A stretch of 36,162 nt of DNA from a virus: IMG/VR virus record IMGVR_UViG_2788500025_000001, positions 1 to 36,162 of that record, one strand, 5' to 3'. Positions 8,386 through 17,729 of this stretch are shown here, piece after piece (position 1 is the first letter of the stretch; each line of letters opens with the position of its first letter). The notes beneath the pieces are model-generated. The model ran no database searches. It was not told the origin of the DNA and was given only the letters and a program-made list of their open reading frames with translations. Position numbers and translations under genes: made by a program.

Positions 8386-9708
8386 ATGGCTCACGACGAC
8401 GACGCACCGAAGACCGGCGAGGACCAGGCCCCGTTTGCCCTGGCCCAGAACCCTGCGCCCAACCCGCCATCGGGCCAGGCGTACCTGACGGACAAGGAAT
8501 CGCTGACCCAGCAGATCATGGCGACCTTCCGTGCGGTGCTTCCAAGCAACTACGTCGCCCAGGTCAACGGCCCCTGGTACTCACTCCAGTTTCAGGCCAT
8601 GGCCGAGCAGTTGGCTGAGATCCAGATCAGCACCACCGAGATCTACAAGGACTCCGGGTTCGACTTCACCCGGACGGACTTCCTGTGGCAGGTGCTCGGC
8701 ACGTTGGTGTTCCCAGGAGCCACGGACCAGTCAGGCATCCCTCAGATTGACGGTGACCTGGCCTACCGCGAGTTCCTGCACAAGATGGTCTTGCTCCTGC
8801 TTCAAGGAGCAACGAAGGCCAGCATGGAAGGCGGCCTTGAAGCCCTGGACCCGAACGTGGTGGCGACCATCACCGAACGCTACCTGGAGACACCCCCGCG
8901 TGATCCCGTGGGCGCATGGACCATCGAGGACCAGTTCCTGATCGACATCTTCATCGAAGGTTCCACGGAGAACACCTTCCCGGCTGACCCCTTCGTGCTC
9001 CAGCAAAATGCAGAACTTGTGCTGGCGGCCTTGAAGCCTGCCCACGTCTTCTACGGCTACTCGTACCTGTTCCGGGACGCCTTCGACAAGGTGGCGGACG
9101 ACACAGGCGGCATGAGCCTCGACCTGGACTCCTACTACTACGCCGACCTGCGGAAGTGGTGCCTGGGGGCGCAGCGCATCAGTGGCACCGGAGACACCCT
9201 CTCCACCCGGACCCTGTTCACCGACCCCGACGTGTCGTTCCAGAGCATCCGGGCAGGAGCCGTCCTGGAGATTGCCGATGGCACGAACGCAGGCCGCCAC
9301 CGCGTCGTGAGCACCCGCGCCCTTCTCTATGGGGCAGAATCCACCCCCAGGTCCTACACGACCTCCACGGGCCTCGCAGGCACCCTCACGACCCTCTCCG
9401 ATGACACGGTAGTGGACCCTGGGCGAGACTGGGGTGCTTTGCCGGTGGACACGACCATCACCATCGCAGACGGACCTAATGCGGGGACGTACCGGCTCGA
9501 CACCGTGCTGGGAGAAACCGGCGGCCCTATCGGCACGGTTGGCATCAGCGGCACTGAGGTCAGGCTCTCTCCGAGCACCCTCCAGGTGGCGCGGCGCATG
9601 GACGTGGTTGCGACAGGACAGACCTACACGGTGAGCGTGGACCGCCTGGGTGTGCAGACCCCACGGCCTGTGTCAGGAGAGGACGTCACGCTCCAGTTTC
9701 TCCTGTGA
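8386..9708 (+). CDS. Putative baseplate wedge protein (P2 gpI/YmfQ-like N-terminal domain with beta-rich C-terminal extension)
   Basis: VLPSNY...DFLWQVLG...AYREFL...GATKASM...LKPAH pattern typical of contractile-tail wedge subunits; repeated IADG[TP]NAG in the C-terminal part. Confidence 0.7.
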   Translation: MAHDDDAPKTGEDQAPFALAQNPAPNPPSGQAYLTDKESLTQQIMATFRAVLPSNYVAQVNGPWYSLQFQAMAEQLAEIQISTTEIYKDSGFDFTRTDFLWQVLGTLVFPGATDQSGIPQIDGDLAYREFLHKMVLLLLQGATKASMEGGLEALDPNVVATITERYLETPPRDPVGAWTIEDQFLIDIFIEGSTENTFPADPFVLQQNAELVLAALKPAHVFYGYSYLFRDAFDKVADDTGGMSLDLDSYYYADLRKWCLGAQRISGTGDTLSTRTLFTDPDVSFQSIRAGAVLEIADGTNAGRHRVVSTRALLYGAESTPRSYTTSTGLAGTLTTLSDDTVVDPGRDWGALPVDTTITIADGPNAGTYRLDTVLGETGGPIGTVGISGTEVRLSPSTLQVARRMDVVATGQTYTVSVDRLGVQTPRPVSGEDVTLQFLL

Positions 9709-9711
9709 GAT

Positions 9712-9726
9712 CGATAGGCTGTCAAT
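9712..9726 (+). promoter_or_regulatory. Putative late-promoter motif CGATAG-GCTGT-CAAT
   Basis: 26 nt upstream of the type-A gene at 9753. Confidence 0.6.
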
Positions 9727-9752
9727 AGAGCAAGCCCGGTAGGAGAGACACC

Positions 9753-10475
9753 ATGAACAAGACCGCTCTACGACACATCCTCGCTGCCGAAGGCTTGTTT
9801 CGTTTCGGGGCTGGGGGCGTCAAGATGACGGTCACGACCTGGAATGAGGGGGTGGTCGAGGAAGAGGACCCCATCCTCGGGAAGGAGGACGAGCCTCACC
9901 GCACCGATTACCAGAAGATCGACAAGACCTTCGGCACCGTCCGGGAAGCGATGGACTGGCTCCGAGGCTGGTCGCGCCGTCTGGGCGCAAAGGACCAGAA
10001 CTGGGACCTGGACGAGGACGCTCTGTCCCAGTTTGCCGATGGCAAAGGCCCCGACGACGAGCGTGTCTTCTGGGCCTTCCTTGAGTGGAAGGGCAAGCCC
10101 TTCCCGAAGAAGCAGTACCAGAAGGCTCTTTTCTACTTGAAGACGGGACGGGCACCTGTTCCCGTGCCTCGCATCGAGGGGAAAAGCCTCGTCATCGACG
10201 CCCAGGATGGGACTGTGCTCCGGGTGACCCCAGGCAACCGTGCCGCCTGGCGTTCATGGACTCTGGACCGAGGAGGCCGGAAGAACGTGGTCGTGAACCT
10301 CGGCGACACCGAGGAAGATGCCGAGTTGAGCCGCCAGGGTCTCAACCCGACGCGGGCCAGCGAAGCCAGTGGGATCATCCAGGTCATCGACCGTTACACC
10401 GATGTGCGGGATCAGGACCTCCAGAAGATCTGGAAGGCCCTCTACGAAGGGGACCTGCGAAGGCTCCGTTTTTGA
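9753..10475 (+). CDS. Type-A-leader protein 1 (putative internal head protein)
   Basis: MNKTALRHILAAEGL leader; GGTAGGAGA RBS module. Confidence 0.8.
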   Translation: MNKTALRHILAAEGLFRFGAGGVKMTVTTWNEGVVEEEDPILGKEDEPHRTDYQKIDKTFGTVREAMDWLRGWSRRLGAKDQNWDLDEDALSQFADGKGPDDERVFWAFLEWKGKPFPKKQYQKALFYLKTGRAPVPVPRIEGKSLVIDAQDGTVLRVTPGNRAAWRSWTLDRGGRKNVVVNLGDTEEDAELSRQGLNPTRASEASGIIQVIDRYTDVRDQDLQKIWKALYEGDLRRLRF

Positions 10476-10512
10476 TGTGATTGTGAAGCGTGATGACTAC
10501 AGCGTAGAACCG

Positions 10513-10947
10513 ATGGGGTCAGTGCGGTCCTATCTGGGGACGTACAAGAACATCATCGTCTACCACGACTACCAGCCTCTCCTGCTGTTTTGGAACATCT
10601 CGGACATCGCAAACAACCGGGTGCTCTGGGAGACCTACTGGGACTACAAGGAGATGGGGGCCGAGTCGGCCTACATTCAGTACGCCCTGTACTTCTGCGT
10701 GTCGCTGGGGATGCTCTTCAGCCTCCCGAACCTACGTTCCTGTGCTCGCTTCGTGGCGGCCTACCTGCTGCTTTACGTCTTCTCCACCGCGAAGTTCGTC
10801 GTGACCTTCCTGACGGACGAGGAGTTTGCCCAGAACCCGGACATCAAGCGGAGCCTGGTCGTGACGGGCGTCTACTTCACCCTCTGGTGCTGGATCTACC
10901 TGAAGATGCGGGTCGAGTTGGCCCATCGGAACGCCAATGGCGAATGA
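10513..10947 (+). CDS. Multi-pass membrane protein (start uncertain: 10477 GTG or 10513 ATG)
   Basis: Three to four hydrophobic segments; overlaps the start of the next gene. Confidence 0.7.
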   Translation: MGSVRSYLGTYKNIIVYHDYQPLLLFWNISDIANNRVLWETYWDYKEMGAESAYIQYALYFCVSLGMLFSLPNLRSCARFVAAYLLLYVFSTAKFVVTFLTDEEFAQNPDIKRSLVVTGVYFTLWCWIYLKMRVELAHRNANGE

Positions 10948-11278
10948 CGCTACCACTACGGCTGCCATCGTCGCCGCTGTGACAGGGGTGATGTCCGCAG
11001 GTGCGTTCAAGTTTTACGAGTTCATCCTAAAGCAGCGCCGTGAGGTCCAGAAGGAGGAGAAGGCAGAGCAGATGCTCTACCGTGATGACCTCATTCGCCG
11101 GGTCGAGAAACTGGAGAGCGAGCGGGACGACCGGATAGAGGAAGCCATCGGATTCCGCGCTGAGATCAGCGCCATGAAGGTCCAGATCGACTTCATGAAG
11201 CAGGAGAATGACCTGCTGAAAGGGCAGATCGAACTGGTCAGGCATGAGAACCAGGTCCTCAAAGACACCCTACGGTAG
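10937..11278 (+). CDS. Membrane-anchored coiled-coil protein (holin/lysis-cassette-like)
   Basis: N-terminal TM AAIVAAVTGVMSAGAFKFY followed by heptad coiled coil. Confidence 0.65.
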   Translation: MANDATTTAAIVAAVTGVMSAGAFKFYEFILKQRREVQKEEKAEQMLYRDDLIRRVEKLESERDDRIEEAIGFRAEISAMKVQIDFMKQENDLLKGQIELVRHENQVLKDTLR

Positions 11279-11287
11279 TGATTCGAT
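11273..11287 (+). promoter_or_regulatory. Putative late-promoter motif CGGTAG-TGATT-CGAT
   Basis: Overlaps the TAG stop of 10937-11278; 25 nt upstream of ATG 11313. Confidence 0.6.
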
Positions 11288-11312
11288 AGGCTGCCCCCGG
11301 TAGGAGATCACC

Positions 11313-12041
11313 ATGAACCGAACCGCGCTCCGCAAGATCCTGGCTGAAGAAGGCTTGATCCCTTCTCGGACGGCATCTGCCCCAACTGCTCTGGCCAAGT
11401 TGATCTTGACGGTTCCGGGCTACGAGTCCTTGAGCAGCCGTGACGCGATGAATGTCGCGAAACAACTGGTCAAGGCCCTCTTCAAAGAGGTCCGGGACGA
11501 GGTGAAGCACGAGGTGGATTTCGCCACCCCTGTCGTCACGGCAGAGGGTGACGGCGAGTATGAGGAAGTCGTGGGCCAGGGCGGCGGTCCAGCGTGGGGA
11601 AGCGCCCCAGGCTGGGGCGACGAGGAGTACTACGATGTCACAGAAACCGTTGAGTTTGAGTACCCCAGCAGGATGAAGTTTGAACTGGAGGTACGCGCCG
11701 ATCTCGGCGGTGCTGGCTTCCCCATGGATGACGAGGGGATCGATGAAGAAGACCTGTTTGCTGTACTCGCCAAGAGCCGGTTGTGGACGACCATCGTCAA
11801 GGACGCCATCAAGGGTATGTGGCGCAAGTGGCTCCAGAAGTACGCCGCCCATGCGTTTGGTGTTCACGCTGACGCCTTCGTGTGGGAAAACGGGCTCTCC
11901 TACGGCGATCAGAAGATCGAGGAATACAAGCCTTTCAACGTCACCTACCAAGTCACGAAAGTTGACACCGATTACAATGGTGACCTCTCGGTCGATCTCG
12001 TGTTGGTCGCAAGTTTCAACGCACCTGAGATCATCGGGTAG
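11313..12041 (+). CDS. Type-A-leader protein 2 (acidic; putative internal head protein)
   Basis: MNRTALRKILAEEGLIPSRTA leader; GGTAGGAGATCACCATG. Confidence 0.8.
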   Translation: MNRTALRKILAEEGLIPSRTASAPTALAKLILTVPGYESLSSRDAMNVAKQLVKALFKEVRDEVKHEVDFATPVVTAEGDGEYEEVVGQGGGPAWGSAPGWGDEEYYDVTETVEFEYPSRMKFELEVRADLGGAGFPMDDEGIDEEDLFAVLAKSRLWTTIVKDAIKGMWRKWLQKYAAHAFGVHADAFVWENGLSYGDQKIEEYKPFNVTYQVTKVDTDYNGDLSVDLVLVASFNAPEIIG

Positions 12042-12050
12042 GAGATCCCC

Positions 12051-12848
12051 ATGAACCGAACCGCACTACGACGCATCCTCGCCTCCGAGGGTCTGCTGCC
12101 CCAGAAGAAGGTGGCATCGAAGGCCATCGCTCGTGCCTTCACGGAGTACTACGCCGACTCGTGGCCGATCCTTGCCCGGTACAACTCCAAAATGCCCAAC
12201 GCCCGGAAGGCCGCACTCAACGACATGCGCCTGGGGATAGGGAACGTCAGCGTCACTCTGGACAATGTGACGGAAGCAGCGAGTCCCGGCAGCGAGGTCG
12301 AAGAGATCCTGGACTCGGACTACGGACTTGAGGTCACACTCCAGGTGGGCTGGTTGGCCGACTTCACCGTCGAGGGTGTACTCGGACCCATCTGGGACCG
12401 GAGGACGACCTACCACCGTCTGTACCAGAAGTTCAAGAAGGGGTACTACAAGACCGAACAGGGCGACGAAGACTACAAGGCGCTCAGAGACATTCGGGAC
12501 CGGTTTGCGGCGGCGCTGAAGAAGCCCGACGCTGTCCCAGCGTTGTTCAAGTCAAAGGCGATCCACGCCTTCCGTGGAAGGCTCTGGGACAAGGTGGTCG
12601 AGAGCAAGGACTTCTGGATCTCGGCTGACGACGGCTTCGTGATTGACCACACGAACCGAGGAGACTGGCGGTGGTCCGTGGAGGCGAACATCGACTACGC
12701 CCCGAACCCCCATGAGGTCGTAGTTGAAGGATTCAAGCAGAGCGGTACGGGTGTCGCAAAGGCCAACGTGAACATCGAGTTCCGCCTTGAATGGGAGGAC
12801 TGGAAGACGGAAGTGACGGACTATTCGGGGATGCACGACGACTACTGA
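12051..12848 (+). CDS. Type-A-leader protein 3 (putative internal head protein)
   Basis: MNRTALRRILASEGLLPQKKVA leader; GGTAGGAGATCCCCATG. Confidence 0.8.
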   Translation: MNRTALRRILASEGLLPQKKVASKAIARAFTEYYADSWPILARYNSKMPNARKAALNDMRLGIGNVSVTLDNVTEAASPGSEVEEILDSDYGLEVTLQVGWLADFTVEGVLGPIWDRRTTYHRLYQKFKKGYYKTEQGDEDYKALRDIRDRFAAALKKPDAVPALFKSKAIHAFRGRLWDKVVESKDFWISADDGFVIDHTNRGDWRWSVEANIDYAPNPHEVVVEGFKQSGTGVAKANVNIEFRLEWEDWKTEVTDYSGMHDDY

Positions 12849-13192
12849 TCGGTCGGCTTGATCCGGCCCATCGCTTCTTCGACAGCACCGCCGACAAACT
12901 GCTCGGCCATCTTCGCCACATGCACCCGGACACGCTCTTCCAGGTCACCAGGCGTGATCTCCTCGGGCTTCTTGCCTTGCGAGATCATCGTGATCGCCAT
13001 GACGTAGGCTTCACGTCGCAGGTACTCGATGATGAACGCATGGGCGACCTGGACCAGTCCACCGGACGGCCACTCAGCAGCACGCTGGGCATCCCCAGGC
13101 GTGGCAGGACGATGCGCCGTGAACAGGGCGTCGTCTGTGACTCGGCGTCGGACCTCCAGAAGGAAGCGGACGGTGTCGAACTGATCGGTCAT
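12842..13192 (-). CDS. Hypothetical protein
   Basis: Coding-like ORF directly downstream of 13202-13657, converging on 12848. Confidence 0.7.
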   Translation of the reverse strand: MTDQFDTVRFLLEVRRRVTDDALFTAHRPATPGDAQRAAEWPSGGLVQVAHAFIIEYLRREAYVMAITMISQGKKPEEITPGDLEERVRVHVAKMAEQFVGGAVEEAMGRIKPTDQ

Positions 13193-13201
13193 GGGGCTAC
13201 T

Positions 13202-13657
13202 CTACCCAGCCCATACCTCCGACTCGGGGGCGATGCTGGGGAATCGACCGCCGCCACCCATGCCGTACAAGAGAACCGCGAGCCCTTTGTCGTCACGGGC
13301 CATCTCCTTGAGCCTTTCGGTGAGGGACTTCTCCAGGTTGTACTGGGCCTTCTCCTCGTTCATCCCGTCACGGTACTTGACGTAGAAGGTGACCCTGTTG
13401 CCTTTGTCAGTGACCTGCTCCACGTCACCCAGGCCGAGTCGTCTGCCGACATCCTTGAGATCATCAACCGCACTGTCGAAGTCGCGGCCATAAGGGTCGT
13501 CGAAGCGGCCCCAGTCCGATGCCTTCGCGTCCAGAGGGACTTCCACACTCAGGAGGTTGTCCATCCCGATGCGGCGGAAGTAGGCACGTCGCACCATCCG
13601 GTCCTGCCGGTAGGCATACTCCAGTGCGACACGGTGAGTAGATGCGGTACGGATCAT
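13202..13657 (-). CDS. Hypothetical protein with R-x-A-rich N-terminus (possible third leader type)
   Basis: MIRTASTHRVALEYAYRQDRMVRRA; AGGAG RBS; late motif at 13686-13700. Confidence 0.75.
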   Translation of the reverse strand: MIRTASTHRVALEYAYRQDRMVRRAYFRRIGMDNLLSVEVPLDAKASDWGRFDDPYGRDFDSAVDDLKDVGRRLGLGDVEQVTDKGNRVTFYVKYRDGMNEEKAQYNLEKSLTERLKEMARDDKGLAVLLYGMGGGGRFPSIAPESEVWAG

Positions 13658-13685
13658 GGCGGTATCTCCTGCCTCTGACGAGGCG

Positions 13686-13700
13686 ATAGAGACCCTACCG
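13686..13700 (-). promoter_or_regulatory. Putative late-promoter motif CGGTAG-GGTCT-CTAT
   Basis: Overlaps the RNR stop codon; 28 nt upstream of ATG 13657. Confidence 0.65.
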
Positions 13701-15746
13701 CGCAGACTGCTGAACCGTGTCTTCTGCTGGGGTCAGGGCTTCCCAGTCGATCTCACAGGAGCCGCCGACACATGCCAGGGTCTGTGCGCCGTTGCCCATG
13801 TCTTCGGTCTCGTACTTGGAGAGCAGCGCGTAGTCGAGAGTGGGGAAGGCCCGGAGCCGGGTGCGGTACTCGTCCTCGGTGATCTCTTCGTAGGGGGCCA
13901 ACTCGTACTTGCCGCCGTCGTAGGGTAGGAAGGAAAGCCCCGTGACCTCGTTGAAGTGCTCGTAGAGCCAGTCACCAACGGGACCCCACTCGTCTTCCCG
14001 GACGTAGACCGTGGCGCTCTGGTTGTGACCCCGTTCCGAGCACCAGGTCCGCATGATGTGGAGGTAGCGGCCCAACTGCTCCAGGGCGGTCTCGTCGTTC
14101 CGGGTCATGCAGCCTTCGGGAGCCTTGACCGGAAACTCGACCACCCAGGTCGGGCAGTCAGCATCGGGGCCATTCTTGTACTTCACGTCCTTGAAGACAG
14201 GAGCACCGGAGTCCCGGACCAGGTGGAACAGAGGGTCGTTGGCGCTCACCCGGACGCGCCGGATGTAGTAGTCGGCGTAGCGGGTGTGGAAGCCGCTGGC
14301 GCAGTCCACGGCCTGCGAGGAGTTCCCGCTGGGCTTGCCGCAGGTCACGGAGGCGGGCATCGCGATGCCCAGGTGTGCCGACGCTTCGGCAGCAGTCTCC
14401 AGGGCGACCTGGTTGAAGTAGGACATGGCCTCAGGGTCATTGGAGAGCGTGGGGTTGTCACAGTGGCCAGTGATGTCCACGCCGAGCAGGCGGTCTTCGT
14501 TGCAGTGCTGAGTCCAGGCAGGACGCAGGTACGGGAAGTGAGTGAACGACGCCTGGAGGGCACCGATCCATGTGGCCGTGCGAATCTTCGCAGCGAAGGA
14601 TTCGCGGGTGTCTTCCTCCCTCATGACGGCAGCCGAGAGGTTGCAGAACTGTCCCCCGCCGCCCTTGCCGGTCCAGGGGCACTCGGCTCTGGAGAAGCGA
14701 AGCAGGATCTCACCGCAGGGGTTGGACCGCATCTCGCCGTTGCGCTCTTCGCGACGGCTGGAGGGGATCATGTAGAAGCCACGTTCGCCGGAACCGCTGT
14801 TCCGAAGGGCGTCCCACTCGCGGTCGAAGATGTCACGGTCTGGCTTGGTGTCCCAGAACGCCGAGATATTCGCCATGTAGCGGCACTCGGGGAACGACCC
14901 CTTGCGCCAGTCCTTTGCGTGGCGCATGTCGTCGTCCTCAGGATCGCTGAAGCAGATCAACGCTGCCCGGCGCACACCACCAGCCTTGACGATCTCACCG
15001 ATCATGCAGGCGATGTCGCTCACTTCCAGCGATGTGAGCCTACGGCCAGACGCGGCGTCGATGACCTCCTGGCAGAAGTCCAACAACAGACGCAACGGCT
15101 TCGGACCAGAGGCACGACCACCCTTCGTCTTGCACCGTTCCCCTTCCTTGCGGATCTGAGAGTAGTCGAAAACAACGGTGTGCCCCTTCCACATGTGGGT
15201 CAGCCCGTCGAGCACCGCATCGGCCCAGCCGACTGTGCTGTCCGGGATGTTGTAGGGAACCACCTTGCCGGATCGAGGCGCGACTTCCGGGAGGTTGCTG
15301 ACGAACTCCCGCTCGACCGAGTAGCCGACGCCGGTGCCCATCATCAGGATGTAGAGCATCTCGCTGAACGCCCGGAGGTTGTCGAGCGGCAGGAAGGAGC
15401 AGTTGTAGATCATGGAGTTGTCGCGTGCTGCCGCAGGGCCAGCGGACCACAAGGCACGCATCGAGGGAAGCACACCCATCGAAAGCATCCCCTCACGGAT
15501 GTCCCTCAACACCGCAGGAGGAACGGAACGCTCACCGCCGACGAAGTCGCAGTAGCGACCCACGGCCTCCCCGTAGGTCTCCCGGCGGGCATCCGCCTCA
15601 CGCCAGCGGAGGTACGAACGGGTGATGACGAACTGGGAGAGGGCGTTGGGGTAAGCCCTCTCCTTACTCCGGGGTTCAACAGGGTGCGACTCATGCCTGG
15701 TCGGGGTGCTGGTTTCAACGTCTAACATGGGCATGAGATCGGCCAT
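13695..15746 (-). CDS. nrdJ: Class II (adenosylcobalamin-dependent) ribonucleotide reductase
   Basis: LPSMRALW, YNCSF, GTGVG, GGVRRAA, NPCGE radical site, FCNL, KPSGN, C-terminal CVGGSC redox pair; no small-subunit gene adjacent. Confidence 0.9.
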   Translation of the reverse strand: MADLMPMLDVETSTPTRHESHPVEPRSKERAYPNALSQFVITRSYLRWREADARRETYGEAVGRYCDFVGGERSVPPAVLRDIREGMLSMGVLPSMRALWSAGPAAARDNSMIYNCSFLPLDNLRAFSEMLYILMMGTGVGYSVEREFVSNLPEVAPRSGKVVPYNIPDSTVGWADAVLDGLTHMWKGHTVVFDYSQIRKEGERCKTKGGRASGPKPLRLLLDFCQEVIDAASGRRLTSLEVSDIACMIGEIVKAGGVRRAALICFSDPEDDDMRHAKDWRKGSFPECRYMANISAFWDTKPDRDIFDREWDALRNSGSGERGFYMIPSSRREERNGEMRSNPCGEILLRFSRAECPWTGKGGGGQFCNLSAAVMREEDTRESFAAKIRTATWIGALQASFTHFPYLRPAWTQHCNEDRLLGVDITGHCDNPTLSNDPEAMSYFNQVALETAAEASAHLGIAMPASVTCGKPSGNSSQAVDCASGFHTRYADYYIRRVRVSANDPLFHLVRDSGAPVFKDVKYKNGPDADCPTWVVEFPVKAPEGCMTRNDETALEQLGRYLHIMRTWCSERGHNQSATVYVREDEWGPVGDWLYEHFNEVTGLSFLPYDGGKYELAPYEEITEDEYRTRLRAFPTLDYALLSKYETEDMGNGAQTLACVGGSCEIDWEALTPAEDTVQQSAR

Positions 15747-15857
15747 CTTGGTGTCCTCGGGGATGCGGGTTCAGGTTTTTCGTAAATCAGCGGTCTGGGG
15801 TGATCTTCGGGTTCTTTTGAAGACCGTTGAACAGCCCGCGCTTATACGGGGGAGGTA

Positions 15858-16856
15858 TCAAGACCCTACCGAGGAACAGCCCCTCAAAAGAGCCGCCTCA
15901 CATGCTACCCACGGAGCGGGAACTCCCCTCAACACGCCCCTGTCTACATGAGCGAGATCGCGGACGAGGTTCGCAAGATTTCTTGTGCCCCACTTTCGCG
16001 CAGCCGGGATTGTTACGCGCTCCGTTACCCAGGAGGGTGATCCCAGCATGGCACCGATCTGTTGAGGGGTGGTGCCACGATCCAGGAGCAGGGCAGCCTG
16101 GAGCCATCGGTAGGCGAGGTCTGCCGGGCCGCCGCGTGCTCGGAGGAGGAGCATCGTCGGGTCAGTCACCGACTTACGGCGTAGGGTCACAAGGGCTTTG
16201 GCCATCTTCGCCGTGTGTCTCGACGCGAGAGCATCCCGAACGGGCTGCATGTCTACGCCGATGTGGCCCTTCACAACAGCCTTGACCTCAGCCGAGGTGA
16301 TCTGCTTGCCGCCTTGCGACCGGACCAAAGCCGTGACCTTGCTCATCTCGTAAGAAAGGACACCGAGGTCCACGCCCATGACGCCGATCATGGCTTTCGC
16401 CAGGTCAGTGCTGAGAGCCTGCTGGTTGAGGGTGAGTCGATGTGCCTCCATGACGAGGAACTTGACGGCCCGCCCTTCCCTGTCCTGCTTCCGAGCAGGG
16501 ATGCAGTAGGTGATTGTGTGCTTCTTCTTCACCAGGGCGACTGCTGGATGCTTCTTCGGGTCTGCGTTGCCCTCCACCTCCATGAGGATGCACACCCGCC
16601 CAGGCTTGTCAGCCTCGTGGGCACGCACAGTCTCGGGATCAACCTTTCCGCCTGGCACCAGGATCAACGTCGGCTGCCCGAAGGTAGTGCCCATGGAGAG
16701 CGCGTCGATGACCTCACCGTCCGACCCGGCATGGACAACCTCGTAGCCTGCCTGGTACGCGCCCATCATGGCGTGGTGTAGCCATCGACGGCATAGGAAC
16801 CTCTCGTCCCCAGTCACGGCCAGCACGGGAGGCGGCTTGTCCCACGAGAGTTTCAC
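15858..16856 (-). CDS. holA: DNA polymerase III delta subunit-like (clamp loader)
   Basis: VLAVTGDERFL N-terminus, GVDLGVLSYEMSKV, ITSAEVKAVV, LAHVDRGVLRG C-terminus; about 330 aa; GTG start overlapping the upstream stop, GGAGG RBS. Confidence 0.7.
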   Translation of the reverse strand: MKLSWDKPPPVLAVTGDERFLCRRWLHHAMMGAYQAGYEVVHAGSDGEVIDALSMGTTFGQPTLILVPGGKVDPETVRAHEADKPGRVCILMEVEGNADPKKHPAVALVKKKHTITYCIPARKQDREGRAVKFLVMEAHRLTLNQQALSTDLAKAMIGVMGVDLGVLSYEMSKVTALVRSQGGKQITSAEVKAVVKGHIGVDMQPVRDALASRHTAKMAKALVTLRRKSVTDPTMLLLRARGGPADLAYRWLQAALLLDRGTTPQQIGAMLGSPSWVTERVTIPAARKWGTRNLANLVRDLAHVDRGVLRGVPAPWVACEAALLRGCSSVGS

Positions 16857-17467
16857 ATCGCCTCCAGGAGTGCCGCTGCGGCACACAGGTGCGACCCCCT
16901 GCCGTCCAGCAGAGGGCGCACATGGTTCCAGACAGCAGTGGTCTCCGGGCTGCCCAGGTCAGGGTGTTCCTCCACGATAAACTCGCAGAAACCGTGAAGC
17001 AGGGCGGCCCAGTCGCGCTGGCTGGCGTGGATCACCGACAGGCAGGTTGCCACGTCTTTTTTGGACCAGGCCCTGTAGAGAGCACGGGCATTGTCATCCA
17101 TGAACGGAGAGGTCCAGCGTTCGTCGGGTGGACACCAGCGGTCCAGAGTCCTGGAGCGGATGGTGCCGATGACCCCACCGTAGAAGTCGGCCCACAGGAG
17201 GATCCTGACGGGGCCGTCTGCGAGGTCTTCAAGGGTCTTCAACAGGCCGTCCACCGCTTCTGGTGTCGCCCGGTCCAGGGGACCCACGACCAGGACGGGA
17301 GGCTTGTCGCCTACGCCAGCGTTCCCAGCAAGGCGGACAATCTCACGCGAGTCATCCACCTTCAGTCCGGTGTCCCCGATAGGGTCCCCGAGCAGACGCC
17401 CCAGACTACGGGCGTGGGCAACCGCTTCGCCTCGCGCAAGGGGGCCGTGAAACAACAGAGGGGTCAT
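16853..17467 (-). CDS. holB: DNA polymerase III delta-prime-like subunit, shortened
   Basis: PLLFHGP, LKVDDSREI, DRATPEAVDGLLKTLED, TIRSRT are clamp-loader AAA+ motifs; only 204 aa. Confidence 0.7.
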   Translation of the reverse strand: MTPLLFHGPLARGEAVAHARSLGRLLGDPIGDTGLKVDDSREIVRLAGNAGVGDKPPVLVVGPLDRATPEAVDGLLKTLEDLADGPVRILLWADFYGGVIGTIRSRTLDRWCPPDERWTSPFMDDNARALYRAWSKKDVATCLSVIHASQRDWAALLHGFCEFIVEEHPDLGSPETTAVWNHVRPLLDGRGSHLCAAAALLEAM

Positions 17468-17479
17468 GCTCGCAACCCC

Positions 17480-17674
17480 TTAGAATCGTGTGCTGAAACG
17501 CTTCTTGCACTTCTGGCAGCGGTAGTGGATGGCGGTTCCTCCTCCCTGGTCAGGAGAGAGATCCTGGACCATAAGGATCACAGCCTGGTTGCCGTCACAG
17601 AGTTCACTGACCCGGCAAGAGACCCACTTGGTCTCACCGACCGTCCGCTTCACCCGGTTGCTGAACTTACTCAT
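17480..17674 (-). CDS. Small zinc-ribbon protein
   Basis: CRVSELC...YRCQKCKKRF; GGAGG RBS. Confidence 0.7.
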   Translation of the reverse strand: MSKFSNRVKRTVGETKWVSCRVSELCDGNQAVILMVQDLSPDQGGGTAIHYRCQKCKKRFSTRF

Positions 17675-17729
17675 GGTCACCATCCTCCATGTGGAGACAT
17701 ACCCACATGATCCGAGAGGCGACCCCCCC

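Noticed and set aside
13956-15725. 589-aa ORF on + strand
   Set aside because: Antisense shadow of nrdJ caused by high-GC3 codon bias; no motifs or RBS
15842-15861. TTGATA...TATAAG upstream of nrdJ as a sigma70 promoter
   Set aside because: Spacer is only 9 nt and fits neither sigma70 nor the N12 motif
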